Shown here one piece after another: positions 1 through 8,102 of a stretch of DNA of 24,629 nt. The translations under genes and the position numbers were made by a program. This DNA is from an uncultured Syntrophomonadaceae bacterium (GTDB taxonomy: Bacteria > Bacillota > Dethiobacteria > DTU022). The notes beneath the pieces were generated by a model. The model searched no databases and was not told the DNA's origin. It saw only the letters and a program-made list of their open reading frames with translations. How positions within the stretch are numbered: position 1 is the stretch's first letter; each line of letters starts with the position of its first letter. The stretch spans positions 1-24,629 of the forward strand of contig CAZPET010000002.1 in NCBI GenBank assembly GCA_964585625.1, read 5' to 3'.

Positions 1-38
1 AATAAAATACTGGTTTTCTTTTCTGTCATCATCATCAC
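1..38 (-). CDS. 5' end of a CDS running off the window, probably a low-molecular-weight protein-arginine/tyrosine phosphatase (YwlE-like)
   Basis: Directly after the sua5 stop the minus strand reads GTG ATG ATG ATG ACA GAA AAG AAA ACC AGT ATT TTA TT (..MTEKKTSIL[F/L]), with AGGTG as a possible SD. ILF would precede the VCTGN motif of LMW phosphatases, and ywlE lies downstream of ywlC in the Bacillus gene order. Identity is inference only. Confidence 0.35.
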   Translation of the reverse strand, partial: MMMMTEKKTSIL

Positions 39-1040
39 CTATACCCTGATCGTCCGCGCGGCGGCCTTGCGCAACCGGTTCATCAGTGCAGTTCCGAGGC
101 CTTGCGAAGAAACGCCCTCCGCCAGGATCAGGTCTACTCCCTGCGCATCAAAGCGGCGCAGCGCCGGAAAAAGGCGCTTCGCCGCCATCCGCAAACGACC
201 CGGCCCCGGCGGGACCTGTAAAATCCCCACCTTTAAACCCCTTTTTTGATAACCGGCAGCAAGGGCCCTGATCACAGCGATCCTCCTGCCGCAGGTGCCG
301 GCAACCAGGATCAGCGGAGCCCGGGGAGCATAATGGCGGTATTTCATCCCCGGGGCCCGGGGAGTATCCGCTTCGCTGCCGTGCGCCTCCGCCACTTCGG
401 TGCCGAGGGCCGCTTCCAGCTGCTCCCTGGAGATCCCGCCGGGGCGCAATATCAAAGGCCGGCCGCCGCACAGATCAAGGACCGTTGACTCCAGGCCTAC
501 GCGGCAGGAACCTCCGTCGAGGAGGGCATCGATCCTCCCGGCCAGGTCTTCAAGGACATGGTGGAGAGCGGTCGGACTGGGCCGCCCGGAACGGTTGGCG
601 CTCGGTGCGGCAATGGGCACCCCCGCGGCCCGGATCAGGCTTAGAGCCAACGGATGGGCGGGCATGCGTACCGCCACCGTGGGTAAACCGGCGCTGACCT
701 CCCGCGGCAGCGTAGCGGAACGGGGCAGCACCAGGCTGAGAGGCCCGGGCCAGAAGCGCCTCATCAGCTCGAGAGCGCTCCGGGGAATAAATGAGGTTAC
801 CTCTTTAACCTGCCCCAGGCCGGCCACGTGGACGATCAGCGGGTTGTCCGCCGGACGCCCCTTCGCTATGAATATATTCTTAACCGCCCGCCTGTCCGTG
901 GCGGCGGCCCCCAATCCATAGACGGTCTCGGTGGGAAAAGCCACCAGCCCGCCGCGGCGGATTATCCGGGCCGCGGCCAACACTGTTTTACGGCCGGGAG
1001 GGAGGACCAGGGTTTGGTTGATCCGCAGCACTTTCGGCAT
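39..1040 (-). CDS. sua5: L-threonylcarbamoyladenylate synthase (Sua5/YwlC; YrdC domain plus SUA5 domain)
   Basis: VAFPTETVYGLGA, AKGRPADNPLIVH, APSANRSGRPSPT and PGMKYRHYAP motifs. Start reassigned to ATG 1040 with SD GGAGG (333 aa); the ORF-track start at 1175 overlaps the upstream gene. Confidence 0.95.
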   Translation of the reverse strand: MPKVLRINQTLVLPPGRKTVLAAARIIRRGGLVAFPTETVYGLGAAATDRRAVKNIFIAKGRPADNPLIVHVAGLGQVKEVTSFIPRSALELMRRFWPGPLSLVLPRSATLPREVSAGLPTVAVRMPAHPLALSLIRAAGVPIAAPSANRSGRPSPTALHHVLEDLAGRIDALLDGGSCRVGLESTVLDLCGGRPLILRPGGISREQLEAALGTEVAEAHGSEADTPRAPGMKYRHYAPRAPLILVAGTCGRRIAVIRALAAGYQKRGLKVGILQVPPGPGRLRMAAKRLFPALRRFDAQGVDLILAEGVSSQGLGTALMNRLRKAAARTIRV

Positions 1041-1069
1041 CTTATTCCTCCACGGCGCCGCCGGCGCAC

Positions 1070-2686
1070 TTAAAATTCTTCGACAACCAGCTGGGCGATG
1101 TTGGTAGCATGATCGGCTATCCGCTCCATGTTGCTCAATACGTCGAGATAGATCACTCCCGAAGGGGGATAACATTTTTTCGTGTTGATCCTTTCGATAT
1201 GCGCTTTCCGTAAAACTTTCTCCATTAGATCAACCTCGTCGTCTTCAACCATGACCATGCGGGCAAGCGGTTTGTTTTCCGTCTCGAAGGCCTGGATGGC
1301 CCGCTCCAGCATGATATTGATCTTCTCATAGATCAGGCTGAGCTCTTCAAGCGCCTGCTCGGAAAAGGGGAGCCTGTCCTCAACTTTGAGTTCGGCCAAC
1401 TGCTTGATATTATGTGCATGATCGCCGATCCTCTCCAGGTCATTTGCCGCGGACATGAACCGGCCGGTCATTTTTGATTGAGTTTCGGTAAGCGGGTTTT
1501 GGGAAAGCTCAGCCAGGAAGATATTAATCCCCTCCTCCAGGTTGTCGAGGAGCTCTTCCATCTGCTCAATATGCGCCCCCTTTTTCAAATCGTTTTTTAG
1601 AAAGGTCTCCAGCGCTTCGCCGATCATCTCGCGGGCAATCATAGCCATGCGCAGCAGCTCTTTTTTGGCCCCCCGGATGGCTGCCGCCGGCGTGGGCAGC
1701 ATCCGCTTGTCCAGATATGTAGGGCCGATTTCGATGCTCACCTCTTCACCGGGAACCAGGTAACTGATAAACCTGGTGAAATAAGGCAGGATCAGAATGA
1801 AGACCGCGGAGTTGAGAACATTGAAAATAGTATGCGCGTTGGCCACTTGACGGGTTACCGTGGATGCTGTTTTCAAGACCAGACTGGTAAAGGGTGTCAG
1901 TAGAAAAAGACAGAGGATCACCCCGATAACATTAAAGAAAAGATGGGCCATTGCGGTGCGCCGGGCAGTCACATTGGTCCCCGCGCTGGCAATAAAAGCA
2001 ACCACGCAGGTCCCGATGTTCGACCCTAAAATCAGGGGCACAGCTTCGGGCAAAGAAATCATTCCCTGCGTGCTCATGGCGATGATCACGCCGGTGAAGG
2101 CGCTGCTGCTCTGAAGTATTGCCGTGAATAGAGCTCCGCCGAGCACTCCCAGCAGGGGGAAAGCGCTGAATTGTGCCAGGAGACTATTGAAAGCAGGCAG
2201 TTTTTTCAGGGGGCTTAAACCGGCCGACATGGTGGTGATGCCGAGAAATAAAAGACCCATCCCCAGGATGGCCTCGCCGAGGTATCGATACTGCCTGCGC
2301 CTGCTGAAAAAGATAATGAGCGCACCAAGGCCGATAACAGAATAAGCGATATGTTCAATTTTAAAAGAAATGAGCTGCGCTGTTACAGTCGTGCCGACAT
2401 TCGCGCCGATAATCACGCTGATCGCCTGTGAAAGGCTGATCAATCCGGCGTTGGCAAAACCTACGACCATGACCGTGGTCGCTCCGCTGCTCTGGATGAG
2501 CATGGTAATCAAAATTCCGGTGAGAACACCGATGATCGGACGTGTGGTCAGCACTTCGAGGATCCGGCGCAGCCTGTCCCCGGCCGCCTTCTGCATCCCC
2601 GTAGCCATCAGCTCGATGCCATACAAAAAAAGCCCCAGACCGCCAACAGCAATGAAGGCGATTTGCAAATGATCTCGCCAGATCAC
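1070..2686 (-). CDS. Na+/Pi cotransporter family protein (NptA/YqeW/YjbB-like) with C-terminal PhoU-like domains
   Basis: Two hydrophobic repeats with QSSG/QSSS signature segments (GANVGTT, GSNIGT); C-terminal helical PhoU-like region (DLERIGDHA, MERIADHA). GTG 2686 with SD AGGAGGT. Confidence 0.9.
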   Translation of the reverse strand: MIWRDHLQIAFIAVGGLGLFLYGIELMATGMQKAAGDRLRRILEVLTTRPIIGVLTGILITMLIQSSGATTVMVVGFANAGLISLSQAISVIIGANVGTTVTAQLISFKIEHIAYSVIGLGALIIFFSRRRQYRYLGEAILGMGLLFLGITTMSAGLSPLKKLPAFNSLLAQFSAFPLLGVLGGALFTAILQSSSAFTGVIIAMSTQGMISLPEAVPLILGSNIGTCVVAFIASAGTNVTARRTAMAHLFFNVIGVILCLFLLTPFTSLVLKTASTVTRQVANAHTIFNVLNSAVFILILPYFTRFISYLVPGEEVSIEIGPTYLDKRMLPTPAAAIRGAKKELLRMAMIAREMIGEALETFLKNDLKKGAHIEQMEELLDNLEEGINIFLAELSQNPLTETQSKMTGRFMSAANDLERIGDHAHNIKQLAELKVEDRLPFSEQALEELSLIYEKINIMLERAIQAFETENKPLARMVMVEDDEVDLMEKVLRKAHIERINTKKCYPPSGVIYLDVLSNMERIADHATNIAQLVVEEF

Positions 2687-2739
2687 TCCCCAACCTCCTA
2701 AGAACAAGCAAGTTATTTTCTCTATTTGTCCAGGCTGAT

Positions 2740-3462
2740 TTAATTATAGAAGATCCGCTCTGCTTTTTCAATTATTTGTTGGCCCGGTCGCTTGATAAAT
2801 TCCCAAACCTTGCTCCGCCAGCGAACTGCATTCTGCGGCTGCCTGCCGGCGCCAGGATCCGGCGGCTCCTTCATGCCGGCGGTGAGAAGGCTCTCTTCTT
2901 CATCGCTTTCAAATCTCTGTTCTTCTTCCGCAGAGTGATTGTCAAATATTACCGGAGGGAGGCAAAGCGAAGGGAAAAGGAGACACCACCAGTTTTCGCC
3001 GGCACCCTCACCGATGGTGATCATCAAGGCAGTGTAATTTCCGGCCGGGTAGATCCGGCGTCCGTAGGTCCGCAAAGGGAATTTTTCTCGGGTAAGCCGT
3101 ACCCCGATTTGCGCCTCTTCCGCAGCAGCTGCGGCAAACTCCTGGAGGGATCTTTCAAGTTCGGGCAGATAACCCTGTAAAAACTCCAGGTAAATCTGAA
3201 TATTACCGGCTTCGGGCGGACTGTTTTCTGACAGCAGCTGACGCACCCGGGCGGCAAGAGCCATTTTGAAACGCTGCTCTGCCGGGCTGTCGCCTGCGGC
3301 CCGCACATGCAGCCGGACCACGGGTTCGCCGGCATGAATCTGCCAGCAGGCGGCCCCCGCCTGCCGGTGAACCGGGCGGAATGCCGGTCCCAGCAGGGCA
3401 ATGATCACAATTAAAACCATAAAGATAAACCAGTGATCTTTAAGGATTGTTCTTTTCTTCAT
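2740..3462 (-). CDS. spoIIR: Stage II sporulation protein R
   Basis: N-terminal hydrophobic signal; RLHV.A..DS..EQ..K; FP.RTYG..YPAG.Y.AL.I.IGEGAGENWWCLLFPSLC, the SpoIIR signature. SD GGAGG inside the upstream sigma gene. Downstream of prfA-prmC as in Bacillus. Confidence 0.9.
   Translation of the reverse strand: MKKRTILKDHWFIFMVLIVIIALLGPAFRPVHRQAGAACWQIHAGEPVVRLHVRAAGDSPAEQRFKMALAARVRQLLSENSPPEAGNIQIYLEFLQGYLPELERSLQEFAAAAAEEAQIGVRLTREKFPLRTYGRRIYPAGNYTALMITIGEGAGENWWCLLFPSLCLPPVIFDNHSAEEEQRFESDEEESLLTAGMKEPPDPGAGRQPQNAVRWRSKVWEFIKRPGQQIIEKAERIFYN
2743..2771 (-). promoter_or_regulatory. sigmaA-type promoter embedded in the last codons of spoIIR
   Basis: TTGAAA (2771-2766)-N17-TATAAT (2748-2743), about 55 nt upstream of the Na/Pi gene start. 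Confidence 0.7.
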
Positions 3463-4264
3463 CGCGGTTCTCCTCCGGGTTGGATTCCTGCTTGTAGTGG
3501 CGGCGGATCATCTCCAGGGCCGCTTTTTCAATCCTTGAAACCTGGGCCTGAGAAATACCCACCTGCCTGGCAATTTCAACCTGGGTTTTTCCTTCGAAGA
3601 AGCGCGCTTCGATGATCCGTTTTTCCCTGGGATCAAGCTTATCCAGGGCCTCCTGCAGGGCTATGTTTTCGAGCCACTTCTCGGTGCTGTCGGATTGGTC
3701 GCTGATCAGATCCATTACATAGACCGGATCGGTGCTGTCGCGGAAAACCGGATCGTAAAGCGATACCGGTTCCTGGGCGGCGTTAAAGGCAAACACCACC
3801 TCTTCGGTGGTCATCTCCATGGCCTCGGCAATTTCACTGAGGTTGGGTTCGCGGTGATTTTTTTTCAGCAGCTCTTCCCTGGTCTGGAGAACCCGGTGGG
3901 AGAGGCTCTTGATTGAACGGCTGATATGGATGCTGTTGTTGTCGCGCAGGTAACGCTTGATTTCACCAATCACCATCGGGACGGCGTAGGTTGAAAAGTT
4001 TACTTCATGCTCCAGCTCGAAGTTATCAATCGCCTTGAGCAAGCCGATACAGCCAACCTGGAAGAGATCGTCCAGTGATTCACCCCGGTTTTTGAAACGC
4101 TGCAGGATGCTTAAAACCAGGCGCAGGTTTCCCCTGACCAGGGTATCCCGGGCTTCAAGGTCTCCTTTTTTGACCCGGCAAAACAGCTCTTTCATCTCTT
4201 CTGTCGACAGGATCGCCAGTTTGAAGGTGTTTACCCCGCTGAGCTTAACTTTGTTCGGCAGCAC
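3440..4264 (-). CDS. sigG: Sporulation sigma factor, sigmaG-like (probable paralog or relocated sigG)
   Basis: SigG-type N-terminus (NKVKLSGVNTFKLAIL vs NKVEICGVDTSKLPVL), GNLRLVLS, DDLFQVGCIGL, FSTYAVPMVIGEIKRYLRDNN, GKTQVEIARQVGISQAQVSRIEKAA. GTG start with SD GAGGAGG. Confidence 0.85.
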   Translation of the reverse strand: MLPNKVKLSGVNTFKLAILSTEEMKELFCRVKKGDLEARDTLVRGNLRLVLSILQRFKNRGESLDDLFQVGCIGLLKAIDNFELEHEVNFSTYAVPMVIGEIKRYLRDNNSIHISRSIKSLSHRVLQTREELLKKNHREPNLSEIAEAMEMTTEEVVFAFNAAQEPVSLYDPVFRDSTDPVYVMDLISDQSDSTEKWLENIALQEALDKLDPREKRIIEARFFEGKTQVEIARQVGISQAQVSRIEKAALEMIRRHYKQESNPEENRDEEKNNP

Positions 4265-4284
4265 GGCTCTTCCCTCCTCACCCC

Positions 4285-4314
4285 TATTATTGCCATTATC
4301 TGTCTCTCTTAGAC
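4285..4314 (-). promoter_or_regulatory. sigmaF-type promoter for the sigG-like/spoIIR unit
   Basis: GTCTA (4314-4310)-N15-GGCAATAATA (4294-4285) against the consensus GYWTA-N15-GGnrAnAnTw: the -10 matches fully, the -35 at 4/5. Confidence 0.65.
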
Positions 4315-4343
4315 ATTCTTGAGGGATTATTCTGGGGAAAAGA

Positions 4344-4352
4344 TGTTATAAT
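4344..4352 (+). promoter_or_regulatory. Extended -10 sigmaA promoter for nikR
   Basis: TGTTATAAT (TGn + TATAAT), 62 nt upstream of the nikR ATG; SD AAGGAGG present. Confidence 0.6.
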
Positions 4353-4414
4353 TGTTTTGGAATCTTCGATAACGCGAGTTAGGGCTCAACGCAACAATTA
4401 AGGAGGAAGTAAAC

Positions 4415-4834
4415 ATGGCCGGATTAATCCGTTTCGGAGTCTCCATGGACCGGGAGCTGCTTGAATCTTTTGACCGGGAAATAGTATTGAAAGGTTATGC
4501 CAACCGCTCGGAGGCGATCCGGGACCTGATCCGGAATCAACTGGTCGAAATGGAATGGTCCGGGGACGATGTCGAGGTGGCGGGAACGATCACCCTGGTT
4601 TACGATCACCATGTCCGTGGACTGAACGATCTTCTGCTGGAGCTGCAGCATCGTTACGTTGAACTGATCATTTCGACGATGCATGTTCACCTGGCGCATG
4701 ACCGCTGCCTGGAGGTGCTTTTAATCAAAGGGCCGGCCGGTGAAGCCAAAGAGGTGGCCAACCGGCTTCTCTCGGTCAAAGGGGTGATCCACGGCCGGCT
4801 GACCGCCACCTCCACGGGGGAAAAGCTAAAATAG
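4415..4834 (+). CDS. nikR: Nickel-responsive transcriptional regulator
   Basis: Ribbon-helix-helix N-terminus (RFGVSM..L..FD..I...GY.NRSEAIRDLIR); ACT-like C-terminal domain with the Ni ligand pattern QH...HVH.....C. Confidence 0.95.
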   Translation: MAGLIRFGVSMDRELLESFDREIVLKGYANRSEAIRDLIRNQLVEMEWSGDDVEVAGTITLVYDHHVRGLNDLLLELQHRYVELIISTMHVHLAHDRCLEVLLIKGPAGEAKEVANRLLSVKGVIHGRLTATSTGEKLK

Positions 4835-5710
4835 TCCCAGAAGAACACGGGGGAGATCCTGGTAATCATGCAGCAAGGTAAGCGTATGGAAGATATCGCG
4901 GCTCCGGCAAAGCGAAAGGATGTCGCCGCCCTGGGCGGCGCCGATCTCCAGGGCGATCAAGCCCGGCCCCCGGATAAAGGAGGACAGGGCATTCAGGATG
5001 CTCCGGTAAGCGGCAAGACCGTCCGGACCTCCATCCAGAGCAAGACGCGGTTCATAATCCCTGATTGTTGGGGGCAGGGTATCAATCTCCGCGGTGGCCA
5101 GGTAAGGCGGGTTTGCGACAATCAGGTTGAAACGGGGCGGCGGCTCTATCCCGGAAAGAGCATCAAAGTAATGGCCCGGGCAAAAATGGATCCGCCCGCT
5201 CACGCCGTGACGCGCCGCATTGGCCGCCGCCAGTTGCAGCGCCCCCGTTGAAAGATCGACCGCGCAAAAAGAGGCCTCCGGCAGATGATAGGCCAGCGTC
5301 ACCGCAAGGTTGCCGCTGCCGCTGCCCAGGTCAACTCCGTAAATTTCTCCTTCCCGGCTGCGGGCCCACTTCAGAACAGCATCGACCACCAGTTCGGTTT
5401 CCGGACGGGGAATAAGAACCTCCTTGTTGATCGTAAACTCCAGGCCGTAAAACTCTTTGCTTCCGGTAATATAAGCAACCGGCTCCCCAAGGACCCGCCG
5501 TTCAACCGCTGCTGTAAAGGCCGCCGCGATCTCTTTCTCCAGAACAGCGGAGCGCTCCAGGAAAACCTTCAGCCGGTCCCACCCCTGCAGGTGCGCCAGC
5601 AGAATTTCCGCTTCATCGCGTGGCTGTTCTATCCCCGCCTCTTTAAAACAAGAAGAAGCCCTTCGCAGAGCCTCTTCAACAGTGCTGTTGTTGTTCCCCA
5701 GCTGTTTCAA
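4826..5710 (-). CDS. prmC: Release factor glutamine methyltransferase (HemK)
   Basis: [21 protein letters not shown] motif [11 protein letters not shown]; TTG start overlapping the prfA stop (TTGA). Confidence 0.95.
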   Translation of the reverse strand: MKQLGNNNSTVEEALRRASSCFKEAGIEQPRDEAEILLAHLQGWDRLKVFLERSAVLEKEIAAAFTAAVERRVLGEPVAYITGSKEFYGLEFTINKEVLIPRPETELVVDAVLKWARSREGEIYGVDLGSGSGNLAVTLAYHLPEASFCAVDLSTGALQLAAANAARHGVSGRIHFCPGHYFDALSGIEPPPRFNLIVANPPYLATAEIDTLPPTIRDYEPRLALDGGPDGLAAYRSILNALSSFIRGPGLIALEIGAAQGGDILSLCRSRDIFHTLTLLHDYQDLPRVLLGLF

Positions 5711-6777
5711 TTTCCTACATCCTGCAGCTGCCTTGCTTTCGCCGAAGCAGTCAGGCTGTCGATGATTTCGTCAAGATCACCCTCCAGCACCAGGTCGAGC
5801 TTGTGCAGGGTCAGCCCGATGCGGTGATCGGTAACCCGGTTTTGGGGAAAATTGTAGGTCCGGATACGTTCGCTGCGGTCACCGCTGCCGATCTGCGATC
5901 TCCGCTCCTCGGCCAGTTCGGCCTCCTGCTCGGTAATATATTTATCCATCAGCCTGCTGCGCATGACCCGGAGAGCTTTTTCCTTGTTTTTCAATTGCGA
6001 TTTTTCGTCCTGGCAGGTAACCACCAGCCCGGTTGGCAGGTGGGTCACCCGGACCGCGGACTGGGTGGTGTTCACGCTCTGACCGCCCGGGCCCGTGGAG
6101 CAGAAAGTATCAATGCGCAGCTCCTGGGGATTGATCTCTATCTCCACCTCTTCGGCTTCGGGGAGTACGGCCACGGTGGCGGCCGAAGTATGGATCCGTC
6201 CCCCCGATTCGGTGGCCGGAATGCGCTGCACCCTGTGGACACCGCTCTCATACTTCAGGCGGCTGTAAACACCACGGCCTTCTATGCCGGCAACCACCTC
6301 TTTAAAGCCGCCTATATCGGTGGCATGGGCATCGACGATCTCCACCTTCCAGCTGTTTCGCTCGGCATAGCGGCTGTACATTCTTAAAAGATCGGCGGCA
6401 AAAAGAGCGGCCTCTTCGCCGCCGGTGCCCGCCCGAATTTCCAGAAAAACACTCTTTTCATCGTGGGGATCGCGCTGCAACAGCTGCTCTTTCAGTTTTT
6501 CAACGGTCTCTTCAAGACACCCGGTTAACTTTTCGATCTCTTCCTGCAGAAAATCGGAAAGTTCGCCCCCGTTGTCTTCCTGTAAAAGTTCGCGGGCATC
6601 AGCCAGCTCCCGGTTCAAACTTCTGTAACTCCGGTAGAGTTCAACTCCCGGTGCCAGTTCGGCCAGTTCCCGGGAATACTGCTGCCATAGCTCCATCTGG
6701 GCCAGCACTTCCGGATCGCTGAGGAGCCGCTCAAGCTCACCATATCGTTCTTCAATTAATTCCATTTTTTCAAACAT
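5707..6777 (-). CDS. prfA: Peptide chain release factor 1
   Basis: GGQ motif ([10 protein letters not shown]), RF1 PAT tripeptide, [28 protein letters not shown]. Confidence 0.98.
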   Translation of the reverse strand: MFEKMELIEERYGELERLLSDPEVLAQMELWQQYSRELAELAPGVELYRSYRSLNRELADARELLQEDNGGELSDFLQEEIEKLTGCLEETVEKLKEQLLQRDPHDEKSVFLEIRAGTGGEEAALFAADLLRMYSRYAERNSWKVEIVDAHATDIGGFKEVVAGIEGRGVYSRLKYESGVHRVQRIPATESGGRIHTSAATVAVLPEAEEVEIEINPQELRIDTFCSTGPGGQSVNTTQSAVRVTHLPTGLVVTCQDEKSQLKNKEKALRVMRSRLMDKYITEQEAELAEERRSQIGSGDRSERIRTYNFPQNRVTDHRIGLTLHKLDLVLEGDLDEIIDSLTASAKARQLQDVGN

Positions 6778-7684
6778 TATTTATCACCCCGGGCTTGAGA
6801 TGGCCCCCGGATCCGCCTTCCACTGCATCCGGCTCCAGCACCGCTTTCAGAGCACAGAGAGCCACTTCAACCTGGCCGTTATCCGGCTCGTTGGTAGTCA
6901 GGTTCTGCAGCCATAAACCGGGCAGCGTAAGCAGCCGGAGCAGCGGCGAGCGGCTGCGCGCCGTAAGGCGGATCGCTTCATAAGAGATCCCGGCCACCAG
7001 CGGCAGCATGAGCAGGCGGATAGCGATGCGCTGCCATAAAGAGACCCACCCGAAAAGGGAAAAAAGCAGGATGCTCAGAACCATCACAATAAGGAGAAAA
7101 CTGGTCCCGCAGCGGGGATGGTGAGTGCTGTATTGCTGCGCTTTCTGTACCTCCAGAGGATCACCGGCCTCGTAGCAGAATATGGCCTTATGCTCCGCAC
7201 CGTGGTAAGCAAAGAAACGCTTCATTTCACCCCATCGGGTCACCAGAAAAAGGTAGGCCAGAAAAATGGCCAGCCGGATCAACCCTTCTACCAGGTTTAA
7301 GACCACCGGGTGCAGGCGCTGCGGTAAGAAGCCGGCCAGCCAGGTGGGTAGGATGAAAAAAAGCCCCACCCCCAACGCCAGGCCAAGCACGACCACCAGA
7401 ACCGTCTGCCAGCCCTGCATCTCCTCCCCCTCTTCCTGAAGAACCTCTGCCGCCGAGAGATTAAGAGCATGCACGCCGAGAATGAGCGATTCGAAAAAAG
7501 AGACCATGCCTCTCAGGATCGGCCAGCCCAGGGGAGAGTAGCGCACGGCCAGGGGTACTTTTTTTTCCGAAATAAGGTTGATGGTGTTATCACTGCGCCG
7601 GCAGGCAACCGCCAACCGGTCGTGATAGCGCATCATCACCCCTTCAAGCACCGCCTGCCCGCCAACCCATTGCGGCCTTGTCAT
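6770..7684 (-). CDS. DUF1385 (YqhQ-like) membrane protein, predicted metal-dependent
   Basis: [14 protein letters not shown]-terminus, [23 protein letters not shown] motifs; commonly found between rpmE and prfA/prmC in clostridia. Confidence 0.88.
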   Translation of the reverse strand: MTRPQWVGGQAVLEGVMMRYHDRLAVACRRSDNTINLISEKKVPLAVRYSPLGWPILRGMVSFFESLILGVHALNLSAAEVLQEEGEEMQGWQTVLVVVLGLALGVGLFFILPTWLAGFLPQRLHPVVLNLVEGLIRLAIFLAYLFLVTRWGEMKRFFAYHGAEHKAIFCYEAGDPLEVQKAQQYSTHHPRCGTSFLLIVMVLSILLFSLFGWVSLWQRIAIRLLMLPLVAGISYEAIRLTARSRSPLLRLLTLPGLWLQNLTTNEPDNGQVEVALCALKAVLEPDAVEGGSGGHLKPGVINNV

Positions 7685-7726
7685 CGTTTCACCCCTCCTG
7701 CGTTCATGCGGACACCGGCTTCCTGT

Positions 7727-7927
7727 TTACTCCATGCCGTACTTCCGCTTGAAGCGCTCCACCCTGCCTCCGGTATCGACGAACTTCTGCTTGCCGGTAA
7801 AGAAAGGATGGCACTTGGAGCATATTTCCACCTTCAGGTTCTCCCTGGTGGAACCGGTTTCAAAAGTTTCCCCGCAGGCGCAGGTGACCACCGTGCGGAA
7901 ATAGCGGGGATGAATTTTCTCTTTCAT
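7727..7927 (-). CDS. rpmE: 50S ribosomal protein L31, Zn-binding (C+) type
   Basis: [12 protein letters not shown]...[24 protein letters not shown]. Confidence 0.97.
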   Translation of the reverse strand: MKEKIHPRYFRTVVTCACGETFETGSTRENLKVEICSKCHPFFTGKQKFVDTGGRVERFKRKYGME

Positions 7928-7963
7928 TCCTGAACAACCTCCCTGGCTTCACTTTCAGGATAA

Positions 7964-7992
7964 ATTTTAGCACAACTGTATTCATTGCGCAA
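7964..7992 (-). promoter_or_regulatory. sigmaA promoter for rpmE-DUF1385-prfA-prmC
   Basis: TTGCGC (7992-7987)-N17-TAAAAT (7969-7964) with TGn extension. Confidence 0.65.
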
Positions 7993-8102
7993 CAGGCCGG
8001 CCTATGACCAGCCCCGCATCTATTCACACACCGTGAGCCCGGATGAGAACAAGGGGAGCCAAGAATTGCAGAGCCCCGGGAAGTTTCACGCAAATCGAAC
8101 CT

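Noticed and set aside
39-330. Apparently shortened SUA5 C-terminal domain
   Set aside because: This region is length-variable in the family; the catalytic domain and the HY linker motif are intact.
2478-2496. QSSG instead of QSSS in the first Na/Pi repeat
   Set aside because: Single conservative change; the second repeat is canonical and the effect cannot be judged from sequence.
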